In this document: one piece after another, positions 1 through 8,440 of the stretch
Numbering within the stretch: the first letter of the stretch is position 1
Layout: every line of letters starts with the position of its first letter
Notes under the pieces: model-generated
The model's input: only the letters and a program-made list of their open reading frames with translations
Told to the model about the DNA's origin: nothing
Database searches by the model: none
Program-made: the position numbers and the translations under genes
From: Candidatus Woesearchaeota archaeon
GTDB lineage: Archaea; Nanobdellota; Nanobdellia; Pacearchaeales; GW2011-AR1
DNA length: 49,570 nucleotides
Assembly: GCA_964443535.1 (NCBI GenBank)
Contig: CAYUCQ010000003.1
Coordinates: 1-49,570 of the forward strand
Reading direction: 5' to 3'

Positions 1-180
1 AAACTTCTTCTATCAGCTATTACACTCAGTTTCCCGAGATTATAGCTGGCTTGAGGGCAGGTTAGCTACGTGTTACTGAGCAGTTCGCCTTTCCCCTAAT
101 TCTTTCAAACTAAAGAAAATAACTTGCATGTCTTAGTGCAAACCAGATAGCCGCAGCCGCCAGCGGGATCAACTGGATTT
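1..180 (-). rRNA. rrs: 16S/SSU rRNA, 5'-terminal ~180 nt (gene runs off the left edge)
   Basis: Reverse complement of ~126-180 reads AAATCCAGTTGATCCCGCTGGCGGCTGCGGCTATCTGGTTTGCACTAAGACATGCAAG, the archaeal SSU 5' end. Reverse complement of 55-89 reads GGCGAACTGCTCAGTAACACGTAGCTAACCTGCCC, the conserved GTAACACGT block. Confidence 0.9.
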
Positions 181-417
181 AAATCTCAGTTGCCCTGACG
201 ACTGTTTCGCACTCGCCTCCAATGAATATTATTGAGTACTACAAATTATAACCTTGCTTGCATACATCATACCTTAATATGCAAACGTCGCTTTTGAATA
301 ATTAGCGACGACAATCATTAAGGCACTCATTACAGTTACCATTTTAACGAATGATTGAGAGAGTATATGATTTATAAAGGTTTCTGCGATGGTTTTTGTT
401 AAATTTAACGAGAGAAA

Positions 418-912
418 ATGATGTTATTTTTGACACATAAAAATAAATATTACGAGATTCATTTAATAGTATGTTTTATGGAAACGAAGATAGCAAGCAT
501 TTACATAAGGCAGGAAAGTGAATCAATGTCTCCTGCTTTTAAAAATAACTTTTCTGGAAAAAGGCCGGATTTTATGATATTAATTCCGCATTTTGGATTT
601 ATATTTGTTGATGTAAAATATAGAAAATTAAACCCTCCATATGATACATATCCGATAGATGTTGATGAAACAGTAAAATATTCTTCCTTGCAGAGAAAAT
701 TCAATCTTCAAATATGGTATGTTTTGTCAAATGAAGAATCTGCTTATAAAACTTGGTTTTGGATTCCTACATCTCAAGTATTAGAATCTGGCATCAAAAA
801 ATATACCTCTCCGAAGTCTGATGCAGAATTCTTTTCAGTACCAACAAGCCATTTTATTCAAATTGCAGATGACGATTCTTTGGAGAGACTATTTTCTAAA
901 TTATTTAAATGA
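418..912 (+). CDS. hypothetical protein, NERD-like / PD-(D/E)xK nuclease-fold candidate
   Basis: ORF track. RPDFMILIPHFGFIFVDVKYRK resembles the D...(D/E)xK core of NERD/restriction-endonuclease-fold proteins. A palindromic TTTATAAA box lies at 371-378. The internal Met at 478 is an alternative start. Confidence 0.45.
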   Translation: MMLFLTHKNKYYEIHLIVCFMETKIASIYIRQESESMSPAFKNNFSGKRPDFMILIPHFGFIFVDVKYRKLNPPYDTYPIDVDETVKYSSLQRKFNLQIWYVLSNEESAYKTWFWIPTSQVLESGIKKYTSPKSDAEFFSVPTSHFIQIADDDSLERLFSKLFK

Positions 913-916
913 GAAA

Positions 917-978
917 TTATTTAGGCTGCTCGAGAGTATCCCAATTTTCTATCAATTCTAAAACAGGAGGGTTTTTTG
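917..978 (-). pseudogene. relic copy of the 3' end of rps2 (last ~19 codons plus stop), left arm of a direct repeat
   Basis: Aligns gap-free with 2192-2253 at 57/62 positions (manual alignment). The minus strand still reads KNPPVLELIENWDTLEQPK*, versus KIPPVSEWIENWDTLEPPK* at the true rps2 end. There is no gene body upstream. Confidence 0.75.
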
Positions 979-998
979 GGATTTTTCGATTAGAACTC

Positions 999-1358
999 TT
1001 ACTTAGAAAATTCTCTAGTCCCATATAATATTTCTAAAATAGTTTTTAATTCGGATACTGTTTCTTTAGTGTATCCCATCTGCTTGTAAACTTGCTCTGT
1101 AAACCTATTTTTGCAATGTTCTCTATATTCATCTAAGGATAAGTATCCTCCTTGAGGCGTTTTAAGAAATATTTTTCTTTCGTTTCTCTTATTATACCTG
1201 ATTTGGTCTTCTAAACCTTCTCCATTCACGTCCTCTACACGAATATCTACTTTTTCGTTCATGTGATTTTGATAATTTCTATTAAGTAAAAATCCGCTAC
1301 CTGCAAAACCTGCAGCAATTGCTAATCCTGCAATTGTTTTGTAAATATGTTTTTTCAT
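999..1358 (-). CDS. hypothetical membrane-anchored protein
   Basis: ORF track. The N-terminal hydrophobic segment IAGLAIAAGFAGSGFLL looks like a signal anchor. No domain recognised. Confidence 0.5.
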   Translation of the reverse strand: MKKHIYKTIAGLAIAAGFAGSGFLLNRNYQNHMNEKVDIRVEDVNGEGLEDQIRYNKRNERKIFLKTPQGGYLSLDEYREHCKNRFTEQVYKQMGYTKETVSELKTILEILYGTREFSK

Positions 1359-1528
1359 AATTTCCTAAGAAATCATTAGTATTTAAATCTCTCGCTTTGT
1401 AGTCACTAATAAGTAACATTATTTTGGTCTTTGTTGCGTATTTTATTTAAGAGGCCCTGGTGAATGTTGGACATGTAATATATTTAATTAATACAAACAT
1501 TTAAATATATAAAAAATCTAAATAGATA

Positions 1529-1768
1529 ATGGCAATAATAACAATCAGTATTGACGATAATATAAATAATGAATTTAGAAAATTCGTAGAAAAAAAATTA
1601 GGAAAGGGAAAAGGCATACTAAAAAAAGCAATAATGGAAGCTATTAGGAAATGGATTGAAGAAGAAGAGCAGAAACAAATTGCAGAAAGACAAATAAAAT
1701 TAATGAAAGATGGAATAATCTCCCTTAAAGGATGGAAATTTAATAGGGAAGAGATACATGAAAGATGA
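1529..1768 (+). CDS. vapB: ribbon-helix-helix (CopG/VapB-type) antitoxin
   Basis: 79 aa. N-terminal beta-strand (IITISID) followed by two helices. Overlaps the downstream PIN gene by 11 nt. Confidence 0.7.
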   Translation: MAIITISIDDNINNEFRKFVEKKLGKGKGILKKAIMEAIRKWIEEEEQKQIAERQIKLMKDGIISLKGWKFNREEIHER

Positions 1769-2189
1769 AGAGCTTTTTTTATTAGACAGTAATGTGCTTA
1801 TTTATGCATATGATAAAAACGAGGACAAAAAAAGAGAAATAGCCTCTAATTTATTGTCTTCTTGCTTTAAAAAAGAAAGGAAGTTTGCTTTGACAAATCA
1901 AATTCTCGCGGAATTTAGCTCAATTTTTCTACAAAAAGGAAAGGGAGACATTAATTTTCTTAGATTAATTATTAATGATCTATTAAATTGTTTTGAATTT
2001 ATAAAATTAATATATAATGAAAAAACAATCCTTCAAGCACTAACTATTAAAGAGAAATTTAAAATTCCTTTTTGGGATTCTTTAATAATTGCAACTATGA
2101 AAGAAAACGGAATTTATAATATTTACACAGAAAATATAAAAGATTTTAATATATCTGGTATAAATGCAGTGAATCTTTTTGGAAAATAA
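1758..2189 (+). CDS. vapC: PIN-domain toxin (VapC-type ribonuclease)
   Basis: LLDSNVLIYAYD N-terminal acidic motif, FWDSLIIATMKENG and a C-terminal TENIKDF motif. Paired with the upstream small antitoxin. Confidence 0.8.
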   Translation: MKDEELFLLDSNVLIYAYDKNEDKKREIASNLLSSCFKKERKFALTNQILAEFSSIFLQKGKGDINFLRLIINDLLNCFEFIKLIYNEKTILQALTIKEKFKIPFWDSLIIATMKENGIYNIYTENIKDFNISGINAVNLFGK

Positions 2190-2191
2190 AT

Positions 2192-3013
2192 TTATTTAGG
2201 CGGCTCAAGAGTATCCCAATTTTCTATCCATTCTGAAACAGGAGGGATTTTTGCGTCAATTTTTCTTTTTTCTGTGTAAAGTTTTGCTAGCAGATAGAAA
2301 ATCATGCTAAGACTTTTTGCGCTTTTATTATTGCCTGGCAGGATTTGCGCTGTGCCTCTAATATAATTGTTAGTGTCGCATATTGCCAGAATTGGAATTC
2401 TTATTCTTTTTGCGTCGTTGAAAGCATTTTTATCTATCCATGGGTCGCAGACAAAAACAAGCTTTGTTTCTATGAAATCTGATAGATTAGGATTTGTCAA
2501 AATTCCTGCAGGATATTGCTTTGTGAATATGCGAATGCCTGTGGCTTTTGAGAATAACTCGAGAGCTTTCCAGCCAGCTTCTCTCTTGCAGACTACAATA
2601 ACATCTTCTGGAGCGTATTTTGAAAGAAATTCTGCTGATGCTCTTATCTTTTCATCTAAAAGAGAAGTATTGAAAACAGCTAGTCCATCTGCTCTTCTTT
2701 TGTAAACAAATGGCTTCATGTCAGGAGTTATTGCGCGTGTTCCTAAATGAATTGAAGATTTTAGATAATCTTCAATAGGAATTAAAGTTTCTGCTTTTTC
2801 TTCATCTGCCTCAATCTTTTTCTTTATGTTTATTTCTTTAGTCTCTGGCTCTATAATTGATTTCTCAAATTCTTTTGCCTTTTTCTTGAGAGCAGCTAAT
2901 TTTGATTTCTTGTCTTCATCTACGCTTTCCTCTTTCTTTGCTCTGGCTGGCTTTTTCTCTTCTAGCAACTCGCCTGCTTCTGCGCCTGTTTCTTCCTTTT
3001 TCTTGCGTGGCAT
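2192..3013 (-). CDS. rps2: ribosomal protein uS2 with ~75-aa Lys/Glu-rich N-terminal extension
   Basis: IHLGTR..., LVFVCDPWIDKNAFNDAKRIRIPILAICDTNN. Has the canonical archaeal neighbourhood (eno, rpoK). Confidence 0.9.
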   Translation of the reverse strand: MPRKKKEETGAEAGELLEEKKPARAKKEESVDEDKKSKLAALKKKAKEFEKSIIEPETKEINIKKKIEADEEKAETLIPIEDYLKSSIHLGTRAITPDMKPFVYKRRADGLAVFNTSLLDEKIRASAEFLSKYAPEDVIVVCKREAGWKALELFSKATGIRIFTKQYPAGILTNPNLSDFIETKLVFVCDPWIDKNAFNDAKRIRIPILAICDTNNYIRGTAQILPGNNKSAKSLSMIFYLLAKLYTEKRKIDAKIPPVSEWIENWDTLEPPK

Positions 3014-3072
3014 TTTTTTAGGAGATAGATGAGGTTTTTAAAGCTTGTTAATTCGGAGAATTTAACCCTTGT

Positions 3073-3095
3073 GAAAAATCTCATCGAGATTTTTC
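3073..3095. repeat. perfect 10-bp inverted repeat (GAAAAATCTC-atc-GAGATTTTTC) between divergent promoters
   Basis: Read directly. Lies between TATA-like boxes for rps2 (~3033-3045, minus) and the phosphatase gene (~3141-3152, plus). Confidence 0.6.
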
Positions 3096-3171
3096 CCGGG
3101 TCTCACACCCATATTCCAGTATTATCGTGGGCTTTGTGATCATTTTTAAAGAGCTTTGCCCTTAAATTATC

Positions 3172-3702
3172 ATGAAAGTATACTTTATGAGGCATGGTGA
3201 AAGCAATTATAATATTAAGGGGTTACTTAATAGCGATCCAAAAAAATTAGTTTATCTGACAAAACGCGGAAAAAAACAGGCCGAAGATATTGTTAAACAA
3301 TTAAAAAATGAAGATATAGAAATTATTTTTACATCTGAATTCTTAAGAGCAAAACAAACCGCAAATGTTATCAATAAATCTCTTAATATACCTATAAAAA
3401 TAGATAAGAGGATTAATGAAAGAAAGACTGGATTTGAAGGTAAACTAGAATCTGATTTTCAAAGATTAATTGAAAAAGATAAATTCAACCTGAAGCCAAA
3501 AGGCGGAGAGTCTTTTCAAGAGGAAAAAAATAGGGTTTTTTCTTTCTTAGAATATTTAAAGAAAACTAAATATGAGAATGTTTTAATTATATCGCATGGA
3601 GAACCTATAATGATATGTGCGGGTTATTTTAAAAAATTGAGCAATGAAGAGATATTAAATGTTAAGATTGATAATTGTGAGTTAATCAAATTTGAGATTT
3701 AA
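3172..3702 (+). CDS. histidine phosphatase family protein (phosphoglycerate-mutase-like)
   Basis: N-terminal MRHGES (RHG catalytic motif) and a distal ISHGEP histidine. Sits next to enolase. Confidence 0.75.
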   Translation: MKVYFMRHGESNYNIKGLLNSDPKKLVYLTKRGKKQAEDIVKQLKNEDIEIIFTSEFLRAKQTANVINKSLNIPIKIDKRINERKTGFEGKLESDFQRLIEKDKFNLKPKGGESFQEEKNRVFSFLEYLKKTKYENVLIISHGEPIMICAGYFKKLSNEEILNVKIDNCELIKFEI

Positions 3703-3743
3703 TAAAGACGAAAACTTAAAAACAAGAATTAATAATGATTATC

Positions 3744-4274
3744 ATGAAAGTATACTTTATGAGGCATGGGCAGACTAATTACAATGTGAGGGATTTATGC
3801 AATTACACTCCGACTAAGAAAATCTATCTTACTAAATTAGGAAAAAGCCAGGTTGAAAAAATAGCTGAAAAATTCAAGGATAAAAGATTAGGAGCTATAT
3901 TTGTTTCAGAGCTGTGGAGGACAAGGCAGACTGCTAGCATCATAAATAAATACTGCAATGCTTTGATAAAAGAAGATGCTCGAATAAATGACAGGAAAAC
4001 TGGCTTTGAAGGCATGCCTCATTCTGAATATCTTAAATTAGTTGAAAAAGATAAATTTAATATAAAACCTAAGGGTGGAGAATCTTTTCAAGAGCAAAAA
4101 AATAGGGTTTTTTCTTTCTTGAACGACTTGAAAAAAATAAAGTATAATATTGCTTTAGTCATAACGCATGAAGAGCCCATGAAAATTATTGAAGGCTACT
4201 TTAATGGCTTGAATGATGAGGAAATGTGGGAAATAAAAGTTCCTAATTGCTATTTGATTGAGTTTGAGATTTGA
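3744..4274 (+). CDS. histidine phosphatase family protein, tandem paralogue
   Basis: MKVYFMRHGQT and ITHEEP. I chose the Met at 3744 because 3740-3769 is identical to 3168-3197 of the first copy. The ORF track starts at 3735. Confidence 0.75.
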   Translation: MKVYFMRHGQTNYNVRDLCNYTPTKKIYLTKLGKSQVEKIAEKFKDKRLGAIFVSELWRTRQTASIINKYCNALIKEDARINDRKTGFEGMPHSEYLKLVEKDKFNIKPKGGESFQEQKNRVFSFLNDLKKIKYNIALVITHEEPMKIIEGYFNGLNDEEMWEIKVPNCYLIEFEI

Positions 4275-5383
4275 ATCAATCTATTTAGCTTGACTTGGCG
4301 CCATTTTGTTGCAATTCCGCATTTTATAAAATCTGCGCCAAAACCAACAGCGTAATCTGCCAGTGCGCTGTCAAGAGTTTCTCCAGAGCGATGCGATAAA
4401 ACTGTTTTAATATTGTGCTTCCTGCACATGCTGAATATTTCATTTAATTCTATTAATGAGCCGTTTTGATTTGGCTTTATTATCATTGCATTTATTGATT
4501 TATTTTTAATTGCTATTTTTAATCTTGAAATTTGAGTTGCTGTCAAATCGTCTCCTACAATTAGATGAGCTGCTGATTTTATTATATTTGAGAATCCCTT
4601 GAAATCCTCTTCCTGAAGAGGATCTTCTATATAAAATAAATTATATTTTTTTATCAAAGAATTTGCATAATGAATCTGTGCATTTCTATTGAGGGCTTTA
4701 TTTTTATAATGATAATCTGAATTTTTGTGAAATGTTGAAGCAGCGATATCAAGACCGATTTTTATGCCCTTGAATTTTTTTAGCGTCGATATAATTTCTT
4801 CATTTGAGAGAGAAGTCTGCCATGCGCCCTCGTCGTTTATTGAACTTGATTTTATATTATTTTTTAATTTGCCGTATATTTCCCTCATTAATTTTACATT
4901 TTCTTTTATGTTATTTCTTTGCGGAATGAGCAAAAATTCTTGGAATTCTGGAGAATTTTTATTATGAGAATGCAAGCCTCCGCCAATTGCATTTCCAACT
5001 GGAGTTGGAATTTTTTTTGCTTTGGGATTTATAATCTGCCATAATTCTTTTTTCTGCGAGATTGCAAGCGCTTTTAGAATTGAAGATTCTAATGCAAAAA
5101 GAGAATTTGCGCCAAATTGCCTTGCATTTTTTAACCTGAATTTCTTTATCAGAAAAGATTCTAATTTTTTCAAGTCGTGGAACAAATTTATTTCAAACGG
5201 AATTTTAAGAGAATTTATTTCCTTCACACTAGAGTTCAAATTTTTATTATATGAAGGAGTTTCATATTTTCCTGTTGATTTCCCGCTTGGAGATGAAGCT
5301 TTCTGCCCATTTATTGAAACTTCTATTGTTGGCTTATTGCGGGAATCCTTTATTGCGCGGGCAGAAATATTTTTTATAATCAT
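4250..5383 (-). CDS. eno: enolase (short, 377 aa)
   Basis: SRNKPTIEV, LDIAAS, IEDP, VGDDL, IKPNQNGS and SHRSGET motifs in the canonical order. Confidence 0.85.
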   Translation of the reverse strand: MIIKNISARAIKDSRNKPTIEVSINGQKASSPSGKSTGKYETPSYNKNLNSSVKEINSLKIPFEINLFHDLKKLESFLIKKFRLKNARQFGANSLFALESSILKALAISQKKELWQIINPKAKKIPTPVGNAIGGGLHSHNKNSPEFQEFLLIPQRNNIKENVKLMREIYGKLKNNIKSSSINDEGAWQTSLSNEEIISTLKKFKGIKIGLDIAASTFHKNSDYHYKNKALNRNAQIHYANSLIKKYNLFYIEDPLQEEDFKGFSNIIKSAAHLIVGDDLTATQISRLKIAIKNKSINAMIIKPNQNGSLIELNEIFSMCRKHNIKTVLSHRSGETLDSALADYAVGFGADFIKCGIATKWRQVKLNRLIQISNSIK

Positions 5384-5417
5384 ACTGAATTAAGTTATAA
5401 ATAGTATAAAAGAGTAT

Positions 5418-5792
5418 TTATTTGGCTATAAACTCCCAAAAATTAAGTTTTCCTTTATATGGAATTTCATTAATTCTTTCTGCATTTTCCAGAATAAATC
5501 CGTAATTGCCAAAATCTGCTGATGCTAAGTGTAAATTTTGATCTTTGCTAAAATCTTCCTTGCTTGAATAAAACTTAACTTCTTTTAAAATAGCCTTGCC
5601 AACAATACATCCAATAGGCAATTTATTAAATCCAAATTTTTTCATTGAATCTGCATCATTAGTTTTAGAAGCATGAATTAAAAATTGACCTCTGAATTTT
5701 GTATTCCATTTTCTCAATTCTATCTTTTTTCTGCCAGAAACCACTAATTCAGCAAATGGTTGTTTGAGAGTTAAAGCTTTCATATATTCCAA
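5418..5792 (-). CDS. ASCH (PUA-like) domain protein
   Basis: MKALTLKQPFAELVVSGRKKIELRKWNTKFRGQFLIHAS is the typical ASCH N-terminus. Confidence 0.7.
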   Translation of the reverse strand: MEYMKALTLKQPFAELVVSGRKKIELRKWNTKFRGQFLIHASKTNDADSMKKFGFNKLPIGCIVGKAILKEVKFYSSKEDFSKDQNLHLASADFGNYGFILENAERINEIPYKGKLNFWEFIAK

Positions 5793-5822
5793 AAAGAAAT
5801 TAGATTTTTAATAGTTGTTGTT

Positions 5823-6206
5823 TTAATGAGCTTCTTCAGAAGGTGCAGGCTCTTCGGCGACTATTTCTTCTTCTTCAACTAGACTGTATTCGTCTGGATT
5901 GGCAACTATTTCCTTTTCAACTTCTTTTGCTTTTTCTATCAATTCCTCGTCTGTAACTGTGTCTTCCTTAAGAGCTGCAAGCTTTTCTTTTCCTTTCTTA
6001 GGAGTTGGGCGGTGTATTGTTATTGGCAAAACGCCTGCTTCTAATTCTAATTCAGCTATTTGCAAGGCGTCGTATTTTATATCTTTTAATTTTTCATCAG
6101 AAATCTTCAAAAGCAGAGGAGCATCCATTGCTATTTGCAGGGCTCTTGCGCCTATAATACGGGCGATTTCGTATTTGGTAAATTTTTCTTTTTCTTGTGA
6201 TTTCAT
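5823..6206 (-). CDS. rpoK: RNA polymerase subunit Rpo6/K with ~60-aa acidic C-terminal tail
   Basis: KYEIARIIGARALQIAMDAP...LQIAELELEAGVLPITIHR core. Sits between the exosome genes and eno/rps2 as in other archaea. Confidence 0.85.
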   Translation of the reverse strand: MKSQEKEKFTKYEIARIIGARALQIAMDAPLLLKISDEKLKDIKYDALQIAELELEAGVLPITIHRPTPKKGKEKLAALKEDTVTDEELIEKAKEVEKEIVANPDEYSLVEEEEIVAEEPAPSEEAH

Positions 6207-6217
6207 AAGAAGATAGC

Positions 6218-7042
6218 TTAAATTAGCTTTTTAAGGTTTTCGTTGAGCTCATCAAACTTCTCAGGCATAATATCCATGATTTTATTTATTTCTTCCTGAG
6301 TAAATGTGTTTTTTCCTGCTTTTTGGCATGAGTTTATCATGTAGTGCTTGTTCCATTTTGATATGCCGAAAGTTATTCTAGAGCTGCATGCCTCTTCTTC
6401 CTCTCTTGATGGATCAATAATTACATTGTCGCCAAGCTTGTAAAAGCTCAATGATAATGGCGCTGTTTCTTTTGAAAGAGGCAAAGGATTCTTTCTGTTT
6501 GAATAATCTATATTTCCGTCTTTGTCTAAGGTAGGCATTTTTGCCATCTTGAGAGCAACAATTGCGGCAATAGTTGCTACGTCTATCAAATTGCCGTCGT
6601 CATTTATAGGATATATATCTACAAAAATATTCCAGACTTTTTCGCCAGGAGTTATTACTAATTTTGTAAAATCTATCATGCCAGATTCTCTTATTGCCCT
6701 GTCAACAAGCCTTCCCAGCTCTATTGCTTCAAAACTTGGAGGGCCTTGCTCAAATCTTGGAGAAGCTAATGGTAGGAATTCTGCAGTGCACATCAAATTT
6801 CCCTTATCAGGAGAATCTGGATATGGCTCTTCTGTTCCTAACTTGACGCCTACAACTATTTCTGTTTTTCCAAGTTTTATGCGAGCGCTTCCTTCTGCCT
6901 TGTTTGACACTTCATGAGAGATTTCTATCTTTCTTGAATCCATTAAACCTCTGCCGTCAAATCTCTTTCCCTGGCTAAGCAGTTTTGCCATGTATTCTTT
7001 AGTGATATTTGAAATTTCCATTTTATTCTCCTTTAATCGCAT
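6218..7042 (-). CDS. rrp42: exosome RNase PH-like subunit Rrp42
   Basis: GKRFDGRGLMDSRKIEI...AEGSARIKLGKTEIVVGVK. Follows rrp41. The Met at 7021 is an alternative start. Confidence 0.85.
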   Translation of the reverse strand: MRLKENKMEISNITKEYMAKLLSQGKRFDGRGLMDSRKIEISHEVSNKAEGSARIKLGKTEIVVGVKLGTEEPYPDSPDKGNLMCTAEFLPLASPRFEQGPPSFEAIELGRLVDRAIRESGMIDFTKLVITPGEKVWNIFVDIYPINDDGNLIDVATIAAIVALKMAKMPTLDKDGNIDYSNRKNPLPLSKETAPLSLSFYKLGDNVIIDPSREEEEACSSRITFGISKWNKHYMINSCQKAGKNTFTQEEINKIMDIMPEKFDELNENLKKLI

Positions 7043-7730
7043 CCTTTAGTGCTTTCTTTTGAACTTCATAGATTTCTTTGCAAGCGTCTGATGCTATCTT
7101 TAATATCTCTTTAACTTGGTCTGGCTGAATTTTTCCATCCATTTGTAAAAGAGAAAAGTCGTCTGTGTTGCCAAGTTTTGCAACTGCAAAGTCTGTTGCG
7201 CCCTCATTTATCTCGAAATCTTCTTCTTCTTTTGTCAAGTCTACAACAAAATCCTTGTCAAGCTTTCCTACTGCAACAGAGCATACTAAATCTTTCATAG
7301 GTATTCCTGCATGAGCTAGAGCCATTGAAGCAGCATTTATTCCTGCTGTTCTTGTTCCTGCATCTGCCTGTAAAATGTAAATCTGCACATCAATTACTGT
7401 ATTTGGAAATTCCTTCAAGTCTATAACTGGCTCTAATGCCCAGCCTGTGACTTTTGAGATTTCCTGAGAGCGTCTTGATGGACCTGGTTTTTTCCTGTCC
7501 TCTACTGAAAAACTAAGAAGATCGTAATTGCATCTTAATACTCCTGAAGAAGGATTTTGCATGTGCTGTGGATGCAATTTTCTCGGACCATAAACTGCAG
7601 CTATAGCAACTGTATTGCCGAATGCAAATAATGCAGAGCCGTCTGCATTAGGAATGACTCCAACTTTTGCAGTCATCTTTCTCAATTCATTGAATTTTCT
7701 TCCGTCTGAACGCTTGAATTCTTTTGTCAT
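7023..7730 (-). CDS. rrp41: exosome RNase PH subunit Rrp41
   Basis: RSDGRKFNELRKMTAKVGVIPNADGSALFAFGNTVAIAAVYGPR...DAGTRTAGINAASMAL. Confidence 0.9.
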   Translation of the reverse strand: MTKEFKRSDGRKFNELRKMTAKVGVIPNADGSALFAFGNTVAIAAVYGPRKLHPQHMQNPSSGVLRCNYDLLSFSVEDRKKPGPSRRSQEISKVTGWALEPVIDLKEFPNTVIDVQIYILQADAGTRTAGINAASMALAHAGIPMKDLVCSVAVGKLDKDFVVDLTKEEEDFEINEGATDFAVAKLGNTDDFSLLQMDGKIQPDQVKEILKIASDACKEIYEVQKKALKDAIKGE

Positions 7731-8440
7731 TTTCCTTCCTCAAACCATTGCTCTACTTTTTCTGTAAGACCTTCAATATGAACTTTATCTGCGATGAATT
7801 CAACTGCTTTTCTTGCTTTTATTTCAGCTTCTGTTGAAGGTCCTGCTATCCAAATCCAGCCATTCTGGCCAACTATTATGTCGCATCCTGTTTTGTCTTT
7901 TATTAAATTAATCATTGAGCCTTCCCTGCCTATTACTCTTGGAACTCTGCTGGGAATTATCCTGAATATGAAACCGCCTTCTAATTTTCCAAGCCCTTTT
8001 CCTTTCAAAGCCAAGTCAATTCCTTTGCTTTTTACTGACCATATCTTTGCAGCCAGTGCGTCGCCTATGCTCAGAAATTGGTCCATTTCGTTCTTGTTTA
8101 TGAATCTTGGAACTTCGTCAATTGGGAGAAATCCTGAAGACGCAGAATCTATGTCAACTAGCCAGCCATTGAATGTTATGTCTATTACACGGCCTATTAC
8201 GACATTGTTTCTTCTTGGGACAAATGCTCCAAAAACAGATATAACTCTGACGACACGGCCTGCTTCTTCTGACAAGCCAAATCTTGTAGCAATTATATCC
8301 TCTCCCTGCCTCTTAGTCCCTTCTCCTGGAAGATAGTCTTCTCCTTTGAGAATTATCTCGCCTGGAACAACGACTTTCCTTTTTGCAGGTATGCTAGAAT
8401 CCACTTCTATTAATTCTTCTTCGCTAATATCTTTCTTCAT
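7727..8440 (-). CDS. rrp4: exosome RNA-binding subunit Rrp4 (S1 + KH)
   Basis: S1-like GRVIDITFNGWLVDI and KH-like VIGREGSMINLIKDKTGCDIIVGQNGWIWI. I prefer the Met at 8440. The track start at 8497 adds 19 residues that look implausible. Confidence 0.85.
   Translation of the reverse strand: MKKDISEEELIEVDSSIPAKRKVVVPGEIILKGEDYLPGEGTKRQGEDIIATRFGLSEEAGRVVRVISVFGAFVPRRNNVVIGRVIDITFNGWLVDIDSASSGFLPIDEVPRFINKNEMDQFLSIGDALAAKIWSVKSKGIDLALKGKGLGKLEGGFIFRIIPSRVPRVIGREGSMINLIKDKTGCDIIVGQNGWIWIAGPSTEAEIKARKAVEFIADKVHIEGLTEKVEQWFEEGK

Noticed and set aside
2367-2705. Long antisense ORFs inside well-supported genes: 2367..2705, 2826..3032, 4764..4967, 5022..5393, 5899..6216, 6522..6917, 7794..8336, 19616..20089, 21316..21905, 28567..29185, 30533..31039, 33707..34337 and 38096..38698.
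   Set aside because: Each lies wholly opposite a gene with strong family motifs. Their translations are Phe/Ser/Leu-rich low-complexity sequence, as expected for the complement of Lys/Glu-rich AT-rich coding DNA. None has its own promoter-like box or a sensible junction with its neighbours.
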